Numbered from the stretch's first letter, positions 25,753-38,000 are shown. The stretch: DNA of 64,000 nt from Camelus ferus (GCF_009834535.1 NC_045698.1:2606001-2670000), one strand, 5' to 3'. Numbers and translations are program-made. Notes: generated by a model not told the origin, from the letters alone.

Positions 25753-26128
25753 TTCCATTGAAATCTAGTCGATTTACAATGTTGGGTTAATTCCTGGCGC
25801 ACAGCACAGTGATTCAGTGATGCATATATATATATTTTTTCATATTCTTTTTTATTATAGGTGATTATACGGTATTGAACAGAGTTCCCTGTGCTATGCA
25901 GTAAGACCTTATTGTTTATCTACTTCATACATAGTAGTTAGTATCTACAAATCCCGAACTCCCAATTTACCCCACCCCCTGCCAAGATGTAAACTTTATT
26001 ACGTCTGGATGCAAAGCTTTATCTTTGAAATCCTGCTCTTTTGAGTTTGGCCAGGAGGCTGTCTGCTCCAGGCTCCCCCTGGTAACCATAAGTGTGGTTT
26101 CTACGTCTGAGTCTGTCTCTGTATTGTA
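25753..26128 (-). mobile_element. Cetartiodactyl L1 3' UTR fragment, interrupted at 25981-26072 by non-L1 DNA
   Basis: 'attgaaatctagtcgatttacaatgttg...agttccctgtgctat...aatcccgaactcccaatttacccc', then resumes with 'ctggtaaccataagtgtggtttctacgtctg'. Possible TSD tctggggtt (25739-25747) / tctgggatt (26132-26140). Confidence 0.9.
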
Positions 26129-27014
26129 GCATCTGGGATTATTGATAGAGATGACCTGAGAGTGATGGGGAGGATGAATGATGGCCCAGGAGAGTGAGAG
26201 GATGGCCAGGGCAAGGCGGCGTGAGGTTGGCCGTGAGGACTGGCTCCTCTACCTGAAGCTGTGCCTCTCTCATCCCCTGCCCCACTCTGAGGACACCTGG
26301 AGACACAGAGTGTGGAGCCTGGGCCCCAGTGAGCGCCATGGAGAGAGAGGGGAGAGGCATAGGAGGGCGCCTCGGAAGCCCGCGTGTAAAGAAGGGAAGT
26401 GAGGAGGGGCCGATGGCGGAGGGATCAGTGGAAACCCTCCAGCGCCAGCCTGACCACAGTGAAGGCAATCGCGTCTGCTGGAAGGACCGAACCCTGTGGT
26501 CGGAGCAGAGGCTGGGGACCTGCTTGGAGAGGTTGTCATTAAATAAGGCACAAATCGTACACTGCGACCCTCTGTTTAGTGTTCAAACTGTTGTTAAAGT
26601 GAGTGATGTTTGTAGTGGCCGTGCTAAATCTCTTTCAGAGAATCAGTGGTAGGAGATAGAAAAAACGTACTTATAAAGAAGGCAGATAATGAGAGGAAAC
26701 TAAGACACCAAGTAATAGTTCCTCCAGCTTTCTGGATAGTTCTGCCGTCCTAGAAACGCACCCCTAGTAACCGCAGATCTACCAGCCTTAGTCAGGGTGA
26801 CAGGGGAAACCAGAGGGAACGGTTACTGAACAAGTGAAACGTACCTAAAGAAATGTTTTGTGGCCAATTAAACACATCCTGCATTTTAAGCATCACCAGA
26901 AACAGCACTGAAAACCTTTGCAGGCTCTGGTGGCCTAGCCACGTTGACTTGGGATTTCATAAAAATGTTGATCAAGGATCCTTTTTACTTTAGTAAATTC
27001 CACCAGACCTGCTC

Positions 27015-27320
27015 CCCCGTTTCCATTAGCTAATTTCGTTCCTGCCTGCCATCCGGAGAATGCAAATCAGCCGCCGCCAGCCTCGCCGGGTAGGCTGACT
27101 TCGCCTGCAACCCCGAGTTTTCCCACCGGACCCACGGGCATTTCTCGGTCTTTTAAGCTGTCATCTGTGTCCCTGGGTATCCGATCTGTTAAATGAATTA
27201 GCCTTCGATTGTTGGGACTGGAGTCGCACGGCCTGTCTGAGCTGGCTTGGCCTTTTCTGCCTCCGGTCCCCATCCATTACTGATGCGCAGCCCGGTTCTG
27301 CCGCTGTAAATCATCGGAGA
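27015..27320. promoter_or_regulatory. Candidate conserved enhancer
   Basis: Palindrome ATTAGCTAAT at 27025-27034, octamer ATGCAAAT at 27060-27067, PBX-HOX-like TGATTTAC on the minus strand at 27306-27313. No repeat similarity. Confidence 0.45.
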
Positions 27321-27919
27321 CCGGCTGCCCTCTCCCCCTTCCAAGAGCCGGTCCCCCCACAGGCTTTGCATCCCTGCATTTATGTCAGTTCAGCCCTTGG
27401 AAAGGTGGCTTGGGGTCGACATTGTGTTTGGGTTTAAGCGAATTTTCCACCCATTCTCTTTTCTCTGCGTCTATGACCGACCTGGAAATAGCGTTATGCT
27501 GCAGTGCCAGATATTTCAGAAGTTCAAACCCCGTAAGTGTCCAATCAGGACAATTCAGACCCACCAGGGATTCATTTATTCTCACCACACGCAAGCGAGG
27601 TGGGCAGAGAGAGGTGTGGGGAATAAAAATCAGGAGAAAGCACTGACTAGCGAACTCGGGCACTGGGTGTCCCGAGAGCCCGCTCCCTCAGCCCCCGTCA
27701 CCCTCTCTGTTCCCCCATCCAGATGCCAGAGCTCCTTCAATCTGTGGTCTTCTCATTGTCAACTCTGCTGGTGCCTCTGTGTGGCTGCAAGTGTCACGGC
27801 CTCCCTTAGGCTTGGGCTGACCAATCGTACACTAAATACAGCCCCTGTCTGAGGGCTCGGTTGGGGCCGGCCTCTGCTCCCGGAACCTGACGTCCTGTCT
27901 GGTGCTCCCTGCTCATGAC

Positions 27920-28070
27920 CCGCTCCGAGGCAGTTGATGTTGTTATGCACATTTTACAGACGGCAACACCGAGGCTGGGAGGGGGTCTGAGATGGTCTCA
28001 GGGCACACGCTGCCAGGGCTGGAGTGGAGTCACTCGGCAGCTGGTTACAGAGGCTCGACTCTAGACCACG
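27920..28070 (-). mobile_element. MIR core fragment
   Basis: 'cattttacagacggcaacaccgaggctgggagggg...ctcagggcacacgctg...cagaggctcgactctagaccac'. Confidence 0.6.
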
Positions 28071-30399
28071 TTTACACAGATCTGCTTCCGGAGAAGATGC
28101 CAGAACGAACCACATGTGGAGTGACAGCCACTCTGGTGCTTCTGGTCCCCCACCCGGCAAGTTGGCTTGGTAAACCCGTGTTACTTCCTCGCTATCTGTG
28201 GCGTGATTCAGGTTCCAGTTGCTTTGATTTTAATCTGGGCACTTGATATCAAAGTGCCTTTTCATTTGGTATTGATTCATCCAGTTACCAGGTGTTAATC
28301 GGCAACAGTGCGTCAGTTGGGAATGAGAGAAAATGAGAGAAAATACGTTATTCTAAACTACAGTCGCCACCTGATCAGTAGTGCGCTGCACAGCGCAGAG
28401 TGCAGATCCCGCAGTGGGACGCGCTACCGCAGGATGCTCTTCAGGGAAGGTGCGTCCCGCGCAGGGCTGCGCTCAGGGCGCGGGTTGGGGGGGGGGGGGG
28501 CTCCGTGAGCAGTGCCACACCCGGAGAGCACAGGGCGGAGTCGGGAGGTGACGTGATTTACTGCGGCAGGGAGCTGGCACTGACTGTGTGGAACGGGGTG
28601 CTTCTACAGGAAAAGCCGACATTATGAGCGAGAGCCCCCGGGAGGGGCTCTGAGGCTTCGAGGCCAAGCAGCCCGGAGCTGCACCGTGGAGTAAGGGGGC
28701 GCCAGGGGGCTACTGATGGAGAAGGAAGGAGGCGGGAGGCCGGGTTTGCCCAGACGGGAGTGTGGTCCCGTGCTGTCTGTGGGGCTGCCTGTGACCGGAG
28801 GTGCCTTCCAGACGGAGACCTCTGGGAGGTTCGCGTTTGCCTTCATCCTGGGGGCCGGTGCCCCTTCTGGCTGCTGATTCACCAGCCCGAGAAGTGCCAG
28901 GTCTCTGCCATGGGCTTGTTTTTGGTCGTTTTCATCCACATGAAATTAGCGCCCAGCTTAGGGTATTCAGCGTAAACAAGCCCTAAAGGCATTTTCCCCG
29001 AAAGCAATAAACTCCCGTAAATCGAGGAAAGGGGCGCCACCTCTGGCCCCGCGTGGAATTGCGCGTGTACCGCCGTGGCTCCGTGGGTGCCCCTGGTTCT
29101 AAATTCATTGTATTCATCTCACAAAAATAGTCCGTATTTTATACTGACAAATTTATCAATAGAAAAAAGATACCACACAAAGCTGTAAGAAATCACCTGC
29201 CAAAATAATGATTTATGCTGATTTTAAGGCTCCCCGCTACGATTCATGTGCATAAGACTTATTTTTTCCACTTTGACATTTACTTCATGTTATAAAATTG
29301 TGCTTCCCTCTGAGATGTCTTCACTGAATAGCAGGGAGGCAGGAATGGACCAGAGTCAGGGCTCCCAGGCCCAATGCCTTTGTCAGGACTCAGCCCGGCA
29401 GTTGCCGAGCCCACCACGCGGGAGACCACAGAGGTCGGGTGTGCCTGTGGCCGCCACCGAGGGCTCAAATCCACACAAAAGTTCCAAGATTCATGGGCGG
29501 ACATTACCCATCCCCGAACACCTTCCTTTCCCAAAGGCTGATTGGAAACAGGGCTGTTTTCTGTTGACTTGAGTCATGTTTATTTGAAAGCTCAAAGACA
29601 ACGTGAAGCCATTAATATTAAATTAGAAGAATAAACGATTCGTGTTCTGAAAGCGAGCCGGGAAGAGGGTGAGAAGCCAGCGACACCTGGAGGAGGCGGG
29701 GCTGTTCCTGCTTCTGCTTTCCCACAGGAAGCCTCATGGTGACTCTGTTCAGAGATGCCGGGAAGGGGCATTGGGGGTGGGGATTGATTCAGGCCCCTGG
29801 GCTCCATCTGGGAGGGAGGGGGCGGGTGGGGGGGATGATGGATGGAGGGGTAAAGAGGAGAAACCGGAATCCTGAATTCCGAGGAGTCCCGTGGGCTGCA
29901 GCTGGAGAAGCTCCTGTTCAAAGAGCTGATGGAGCTTTTCTGGGGACCACAGTCCTCTCCATCTGGTCACAGCCGTAGCATCTCATCTTTCTTACCTACA
30001 TCATCTCATGTCTTTGGGACCTGGAGCTCCAGTAAAACCTGCAACACTCCTTTGCTTGCATTTGTAGGTAGGGTGGGGCAAATCTCAACCCACGGACTCG
30101 AGTGCGAAGGAAACAGAGCTTTCAGCAGGCACCTCTCCCATCTGTCTTGACTCTTCCTTGCCCTGGGGTCAGATGCCACCATCTCTGCTGTGTGTCCGTG
30201 TGGAGGTTTACAGAGGTCGTGGGAGGGAGGGGACTATCTTGTCCTTGGTTGTCTGCCTCCCTAGGACAGTGTCAGGGCAGGGAGACCTCAGTCCAAGTAG
30301 GCTGTTGTCATGGGCCCCTCCTGTGGGTCCCCTCTCCAGATTACGTCCCATGGCTGCATCCTGGAGAACCCAGCTGTGTAAAGGTCTCAGTTCCTCCAC

Positions 30400-30960
30400 A
30401 GTGAAGTGCTACCAGGAAGCGCCCTGCTCCTCCCTGAGCACATACAACCAGTATCCGCGGCATCTTCCTCCTGGCAAACATCCAACCCCTCTCCTCTGAC
30501 TGTGCACTGATCTGCCAGCATCTACTTTCAATAATGACTTCTTGAACGAATATCCACCCGAACCCACTTTACTCTGTTTCGCACCGAGGGAAAAGGGGTG
30601 ATGCTCTGCGACATTTCCAACCTGGGTGACTGTTGCGTGCGCACCTAAGGTTTCTACTGCTTGCCCAGACAGCTCTTTTCGTCTCTCGTGCTTTGCCTCG
30701 TCGCACCCGCACCCTGCCTGCCGTCTTCAGCTCAATATTCACATCTATGCAAAGTCCTGCGCGGAATCGCCACCTGCTTCTTGGTAACCAACGAGAGTTG
30801 CAATTACACAGCTTTTGTCCAGTGATGTAACGTCTCTGCTCTGCCTGTGACATGACCTCCAGGGTAGCCGGGGCTGTGTCGTCCGGTTCACTGCCCACCC
30901 CGATGTTGAGCATCACGCTTCGCACATGGTAGGTGGTGGGACAACATTCATCATGATGAA
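30400..30960 (+). mobile_element. L2 3' fragment
   Basis: 'tcttcagctcaatattcacatc', and 'ctccagggtagccggggctgtgtc...gttcactgc...gcacatggtaggtg...tgatgaa'. Confidence 0.55.
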
Positions 30961-31302
30961 AAGGTACGCGCGGTCTAGTGGACTCGACTAGGAAATTTGC
31001 ATTTATTGCTGTTAACTCATCTCCACCCTGTATTTCTAAAGTTGCTTTTAGAACCTAAGTTATGTTTCACCCATAAGTGGCCAAAGGTAATTTACAGGCT
31101 TGAGGAAGGACTTGCATATGTTCCTCAGAGACACTGATGAAGGCAGGACACACGTCCAGCCCCCAAGGTGACGCACCTTTACTATCAACGCCCATTAGGG
31201 CCATTCCTCCAGGGGTGGGGTGGCTAACTGGACTGCCCTCCCCTCCAGGTATCTGCAGGCTACTTTTCTTTTCTAATTTTTCTATTTGCATCTCCATGTA
31301 CT

Positions 31303-31855
31303 TTATTTATTTTTTGTTTCCTGATTTATCGAGGTATAATTGATATACAGAAAACTCCACAGCATGAATGTATACAATTCGGTGAGTTCGGATCCAGGAT
31401 AGAGCCAAACTGTGGTGCTGTTGTCACCATAACCAAGGTAACAGGTGTATCCATCACCTGCAAGAGTTTCCTTATGTTCCTTTATGTTTTGTTGTGCTTT
31501 ATTCTTGTGGTAAGAGCACAAAATGAAGGTCCTACCAGTACGTTTTAAATAGCTCATTGCTAGCCGCGGGCACCACGCTGTGCTGAAGACCTCCGGGGCT
31601 GAGCCGTCTCGCGTCCCTGTAACTGTATCCCCGTGGACAGCAGCCCCTGGCAGCCAGCATGCTTGGGTGTGCTTCCCCACGTTGCACTGTTTTTGACATC
31701 TCATACAAGAGGGGCTGTGCACTGCTCGTCTTTCTGTAACTGACTTATTTCACTGCGCACAATGTCCATGAGATTCATTCACGTTGCAAATGGCAGCCTT
31801 CCCGTCCTTTTTAAGGTTGAATAATATTCCATCATGTGTAAGGACCACATTTTTA
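31303..31855 (-). mobile_element. L1MA10/L1MB-like 3' UTR, antisense
   Basis: 'tttatcgaggtataattgatatacagaaaact...atccatcacctgcaagagtttcctt...tgacttatttcact...ttttaaggttgaataatattccat'. Same 3' UTR type as 22885-23940. Confidence 0.88.
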
Positions 31856-32313
31856 GACTGAGTTCTCAGGGTGCTATCATTCTTGTGTTCTGATCAGAGA
31901 CTCAGGGTCATGAGTGAGTGATGCAAGGTTACAGGATAATCTAATGATCAACATGACTCTGAATCCATAAGTCATACTGAAACCCATGATGCCAAGAGAG
32001 TTCCAGTTAAAAATAATAGAATTTACTGAGTTTCAGAGATTTTCATCAAAACATACAGAAAATACATTTTGCATTTAGGCCCAAACAGTCACCTTTTATA
32101 CCATTAAGGAGCAGTTTTAACTACTTTCCTACCCTGAGAACCCTTTGGCCACTGGCTTCAAAGACCTGCCTCCGTGTCCCCTTCAGGCCCAGGCCTGGGG
32201 CGGCGGGCACACACCCAGGGCCAGGCGGTCTCCTCCTCCTCGTCGGCTCTCACCTGCTGGCGTGAGCGTGCCACCGGAAGCCCCCGTGCCGGCTGCGGTC
32301 TGGGTTTGGGATC

Positions 32314-33250
32314 GGCGGTGTTTGTGTTGCATGTCAGCTTGGCTGGGCGGCAGTTCCCGGGGACTTAATCAAGCACTAGTTCAGGTGTTGCTGTGAAGGT
32401 GTTTTGTGGACGTGATTCACATCCACAATCAGCTGGCTTTCAGGTGAGAAGGTGGCCTTCCTGAACATGGGGGAGCCTCCTTCAACTGGTTGAAGACCTT
32501 AAGAGAAAAGTTAAATTTTCCTGGAGAGAAAAGAACTCTGTCTGAAGACTGGCACATGGAAACTCTGCCTGAGCTTCCAGCCGGCAGGCTGGCCAGGTCC
32601 CACAGCTGCAAGAGGGGGCTCCTTGAAATAACCCGTCTGCACCTCTCTCCCCGTCTCTGCCTCTGTCTCACCTGTATCTATGTCTACGTCTATGTCTGAG
32701 TTGTGAAATGAAATTCACACTTTATTTCAAGGCAAGAAAAATTAAAACATACAAATCCTTCTCCGCCCCTCGGCCTCCTCCCCCTGCACAGTGCGCTGTG
32801 CATCCGCCTTACGCACCAACCCCTCATCGACAGAAACACCCACTCAGCCGTGAACAGCAGCATCAGCGAGACAACTGCTGAGAAGACAGCGTCCCTTCCT
32901 GGTCTCAGAAGGGGCCGGGATGATCCCCCACTCTGCACCTACGGCCCTGGATTGTGTAGACCACCTGTGTCATTTTGTACAGCCATCAGTCTCAAAAACC
33001 TGGATGACGGTGCTTTGACCTCTAACAGGAGGAATAGTTCTCCAGACCCCCTGAGAGGTTGTTCTGGGTTATAATCCTCAATGTGGCTCGAACAAAATTT
33101 TTCGTTTCTTTCTTAGATCAACTAATTTTTCATCGGCAGTTTCGCCTGCTTCTCTGTACTGCCCGTGTGCCTGCATATTTAGGTCTGTCTCTGTATCTCT
33201 ACTTACGTGCCTTGCTGGCTTTGTTTCTGCGAAGAGCACTGACTGACACA
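32314..33250 (+). mobile_element. MLT2 (MLT2D-like, ERVL) solo LTR split by a nested insertion
   Basis: 'tgtcagcttggct...aatcaagcactagttcaggtgttgctgtgaaggtgttttgtgga...gaccttaagag...ccttgaaataa'. Terminal 'tgtttctgcgaagagcactgactgacaca'. Possible TSD ggatc/gggtc. Confidence 0.8.
32702..33138 (+). mobile_element. ERV1-like solo LTR nested in the MLT2 LTR
   Basis: About 437 bp bounded by TG...CA. 3' part 'gggttataatcctcaatgtggctcgaacaaaattttt...tttttcatcggca' resembles ERV1 R/U5 ends. Confidence 0.6.
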
Positions 33251-33499
33251 GGGTCTATGACTCGGTTCCACCAAAGATCGAGTCCAGACGTTTCTAGCAT
33301 TTTCCCCCGAGAGCATCGGGTGCGTGGGGTGTCCTCTCTCTCCAGGACTTAGAGGGGCCATTTCTCTCCTCTCGCTCTGTTTCCTCGTATCACTTACTTT
33401 TTGACACTCTGTTACTTTAGGTTGTATTACACGTAATAATGTGCTGAGCCATGTCGTATTGTCTGTGCATTACACCATACCCCATCACACGGCACTGCG

Positions 33500-33660
33500 T
33501 GTGTGTGTGTATGTGTGTGTGCTGCCGGCCTCTTTCCACCACAGAGCCAGAGGGTGTGGGAGGGCAGGCAGTGCCCTATTCTCTCCTCTGTCATGTCCCG
33601 TCATCTAAACTCACTCCGGCACATTACAGATGCTCAGTAAGTACCTGCTGGAGGAATGCT
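33500..33660 (+). mobile_element. L2 3' tail
   Basis: 'gagggcaggcagtgcc...ccggcacattacagatgctcagtaagtacctgctggaggaatg'. Confidence 0.65.
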
Positions 33661-33668
33661 AGTGAGAT

Positions 33669-33854
33669 TTACAGCTCCACCCGCACACACCCTACTATGC
33701 TTACAGCTCCATCCTCACACATCCTACTTCGCTTACAACTCCATGCACACACCCTATTATACTCACAGCTCCACCCGCACACACCCTACTATGCTCACAG
33801 CTCCACCCACACATCCTACTTCACTTAAGGCTCCACGCACACATCCTATTGCAC
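33669..33854. repeat. Minisatellite, 6 units of 30-32 bp
   Basis: Units related to ttacagctccacccgcacacaccctactatgc start at 33669, 33701, 33733, 33763, 33795 and 33825. Confidence 0.92.
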
Positions 33855-34057
33855 TGGATACGCTAAGGAAACAACTCACAAGGCTCTTTGCCTTGTCTTG
33901 CAAGTCAGTACATTGCTGAGCCATGAAAGTATGTCAGTCAGCGTATTAACGAAAAATAAAGACACATCTCTGAATGGAGGGGAGGACGAGGACCTCCCAG
34001 GAGAAGGGGTTGGTCTGTTGGGGGTTTGCACACAGTGAGCAGGTCATCTCACTGCTC

Positions 34058-34478
34058 AGATGGTCAAACTGAGTGAAGTAAGTCAGACAGAGAAAGACAA
34101 ATACCAATGACATCTCTTACATGTAGAATCTAAAAAAAAAAAAAAAAGAGATACAAATGAACTCATTTACAAAACAGAAAGAGACTCACAGGCATAGAAA
34201 ACAAACTTATGATTACCAAAGGGGAGGGAGGGGGAAGGATAAATTAGGCATTTGGGATTTACAGATACACACTGCTGTATATAAAATAGATAAACAACAA
34301 GTTTCTGCTGTAGAGCACAGGGGACTATATTCAATAGCTTGTAATAACCTATAATGAAAAAGAATCTGAAAAATAATGTATATGTATAACTGAATCACTT
34401 TGCTGTACACCTGAAACCAACACAATGTTGTAAATCAACTACACTTCAATAAAAATTAAGTTAATTAATTAGTTAAAA
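34058..34478 (+). mobile_element. Cetartiodactyl L1 3' UTR fragment
   Basis: 'gagtgaagtaagtcagacagagaaagacaaatac...actgaatcactttgctgtacacctgaaaccaacacaatgttgtaaatcaactacacttcaataaaaa'. Confidence 0.93.
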
Positions 34479-34989
34479 GGAGATAGTCTAGCCCAAAAGG
34501 GATGCTTGAGGATCTGGAACTGGTCTAGGGTCAGAGCCAGGGCGCTGCCTGGCCCTGGACCTCCTTAGGGCAGGGGCCCGGCCAGCGTCAGTGGGGCAAT
34601 TGCTCCGTGACTTTAACATGCACCCTCCTTTCTCTGTGTCTACCTCCTGACCTCCACCACCTCCTGTCAATGGCACCCAAACTCTGGCCACAGAAAAAGG
34701 TGCAATTATTTAATAGTCATCGCATCTTAAAACAGCCCTTTCATTTTCAATGAATTGATATTCCTGTTGGTTATATGTGGTCATAGACTAATGAGTTGGT
34801 AAATATTCTATATTCTGCACCCCCAGTGGGTGAGTGAACTCTCTGTTCTTGAACTGAAAAATTTCCCAACTTCAAACTTCTCATCTCCAGTTCCAAGCTG
34901 TTCCACAGTCTTCAAGAGGGAAGTCTGTTCTGTGCTCAGCCCTGAGTGAGATGAAGTAGGTGGTCTGACAAAAGTCAGTTAAAGAGGAC

Positions 34990-35092
34990 CTGATGGATGA
35001 GCTAGACAGACAGGTGACAGACGGATGGACGAACAGACAGGCACAGAGAAAAAGAAATAGATGCACAAATGATAGATAGACAGTAGGTGGAT
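34990..35092. repeat. Degenerate (GATG/GACA/GATA)n simple repeat
   Basis: 'gatggatgagctagacagacaggtgacagacggatggacgaacagacag...gatagatagacag'. Confidence 0.55.
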
Positions 35093-38000
35093 TCATCCTG
35101 AGAAGGGGGCGGCCCCGTCATCAGTCTTCGGTCCTTGAGATTTGTGCCACTAAGGAGACACGTCCACTCTAATATTTATCTAGAATCATTTTTATTCTCT
35201 ATTTTTAAACTACAAGATGCACTTCTTTGAAAAATTACCCACTTTGGTGATGCACACTTGAGCCATTTACAAGGCATCGCCGCCTCTCGTTGAGGATGTC
35301 GGGCCCCAGACGCCCTCCAGCGCCGCCCATTCCCCATCCCAGGCGGCAGGATGCATCATCTCACACTGTGCACAGGCATAGCGCTAGAACATGCAAAGGC
35401 TTTTCCAGCCCAGGCTTGCAGATCCGTTTTCAGTGCGATCTGATATTTGAAGTCTTGAAAGAAATACATAAACAGCAAACGGCCTGGTCACAGACATTTA
35501 TCCTCTGTCCTGACATACGCAAAGCGATATTGTTTCAGTAATAAAAGGCCAGACTGAAAGCTGGACTGTAAAGATGAAACATTTGAGAAAAGATGCCCAA
35601 ATAGGGGGCGACCACAAAGAAATAGAGCCGGTGTTTTCCAAGCAGTGGGAAGGCTCGCCTGGAGGGAGCTCGGGCGCGCTCTGTGACCCGCCGCTAGAAG
35701 CCTGCTGTTTTCCATTCATCTCGTGATATTTGGCCACCCAGCCACGGGCTCACCGTGTGACTGATCGCAAGTCTAAACTGAGGACTGAATGCTCTCAAAT
35801 TGCCAGTCAGGGTCCCTTCAAACAGGGGTGTTTCTCTGTGTGCACAAAGCTGTATGTCACATCAGCGCCTCCAGGTAAGAGTCCTTTTGTTTTACCGACG
35901 GGAAGGTTGTGCCCTGGGGAACAGGAAGACACCCGAGGCAGGGCACACAGCTGAAATCCCCGTGTGGCCCCTGAGAGGCGCCCCGTCACTACCTCTCCAA
36001 CCTGCAGTATCACCCCAAGGCTGGGCTATGAACCCCACAGCACAGGCTTCAGGGAGGCCCCCACGAGCAGAAACCCTAAACGACTAGGTCAGAGAGTGTC
36101 AGAGGGTGATGAACCCCCCCACGATGGCCCTGGGGAGCCAGGAAGCAGGTCTTCTGTGTGGCCCCATCCAGCGGGCACCAGATTTAAATCCATTGGCCAT
36201 CAATGCCCTGGGTCAGTGGCGGACTTCCACACGTGGGCACAGGAGAGAGAGGCGGGGACCCACCAAGACTCCTAGTGTGGCCATCCAGCGCGTGCCCCAC
36301 TGCCCTCCGTGACAGGGACTGGAGGAGACGCTGGGTAGGGGCAGGCCAGGGGGAGGCACATCCAAGAACACGGCGGGTGCAGAGCTGGGAGCCAGTCCGG
36401 AGGCGGGGCGGGTGTTCCGGCCAAGGTCATCCCTTTTGCTTCTATCAAGACTCGAGTCATCAAAGACCATTTGCACCTCTTACTTGTTGGATGTAAAAGT
36501 CCTATGACTTTTATGTCCAGATTTCAAATGCCAGCGGGGCTGAGGCAGGCAGAACAGGAACTGGTCACCAGGAGGGAACTTCCACATGGGCTGGGCGCTC
36601 ACGGGGACGGGGTCAGCAAGCTGCCAGCTCCCAGCAGCACCACCTCCCCAGACAGGGTCTCCCACCTCTCTGCCTGTCATCTCCCCACTGGCAGCCTGGA
36701 GGCCCCGGTGTATTTAGGTATCTTGGTAACGATGAGGTATCAGTTCTGCCAGCAAACAGACTCTCACGGGCTTTTATTTACTTATTATTTTTGTCCTTGT
36801 CCAGGACAACCCTCCTTGAGCACAGAGATGAGACCATGGTCGGGAGAACCTGCAGAGTATCTGTAACTGTTTGAAGCTCCAGCACCACTGTTAATGTCAC
36901 GCTGGAAACTTGAATTGTGGGCACAGCAGGCCCTCCTGTGGGTTCTGCGGCTTCTGCCCCCTGAAGAGCGTTGCAGGTTTAACTGCAGTCCATACTTGAT
37001 TTTGTGTAACCGCACATGGGTCCACATTCCCTAAGAAACGGATGTTTGGGGCAACAGCGGAAGAAAAGGCCCCTGCACTTCTGCCTCCCAGGCTTGCACT
37101 GTTGTTGCTGAAAACCTAGCGTTTTTGTCTCCAGCAATCCTTCCTCCATTCAAGATGGTCGGATCCTGCACGTCGGTGGGACGTCCTCCCGCAGGCCCCA
37201 ATCAGCACCAGGAGCGAGCCAGGATGCTGACTCCAGCCGGGTTGGGCCCCGGGCCCTGGCTGGCGGAGGCGCCAGTCACCCGGAGGGCAGACCAGGTGTG
37301 CACGCAGCGGCCCAGGTGAGAACACGTGGCTGGCGAGTCAGCCCGGCCAGGTCCGGAGAGGAGGGAAAGGTGGCAGGAGGCCTGGGCAGAAGCGCGGACT
37401 CTGTAGGGGCCAGGCAGAAGGCAGAAGTAGCTGTATCTGCTGGATTTCTTGGTCCGGAGAATGTTCGGCTCCATCCTGTGCAGTCTTAAGAATTGTGTTA
37501 AAGGTTTTTCCAGGTCTTAACAAACAAAAAGCAGCTCGTTAGGAGGAAAAAGGCTGCTTGGTAAGGAGCAGAGGTCCCTGGGAAACTCAGCAGACATCTC
37601 CTCTTGGCTTCACCCCATCACAGTCACCCAGGCAATTGCAAGATCATGTGTCCGAGCTATCAGACAAGGCGAAATTAAAATTCACATCCAAGCAGACTGT
37701 CTTTTAACAAACATTATATATGTGTCTACCAGACATCCGGGCAGAGGACCACAGAAAGCACCCCCACCACCTTGCTCTCCCGAACCGTTTGTCAGAAGGA
37801 AAGGCCTTCAGGGAACATCCAATGTTTCAGGAAGATTCTTAGTAAAACCCCGAGCAGGTGAAAGGAAGAAGAAAGGCAGTAAGCGGCCACTGAGCTGGAG
37901 TGATTTACTCTGAGTCATGACGCACCAAGGGCTGTTGGCGCGCCGCTCTTACAGGGATTGCCAGCTTCCCGTTTCCCCCGGAAGGAGCTCCTGCTTTCCT

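Noticed and set aside
28698..29050. CTCF-like strings GCGCCAGGGGGCTA and GCGCCACCTCTGG
   Set aside because: They have several mismatches to the core, in GC-rich DNA where such matches are common.
33669..33854. CRISPR-like 30-32 bp periodicity
   Set aside because: The units are contiguous with no unique spacers, there are no cas genes, and the context is mammalian. It is a minisatellite.
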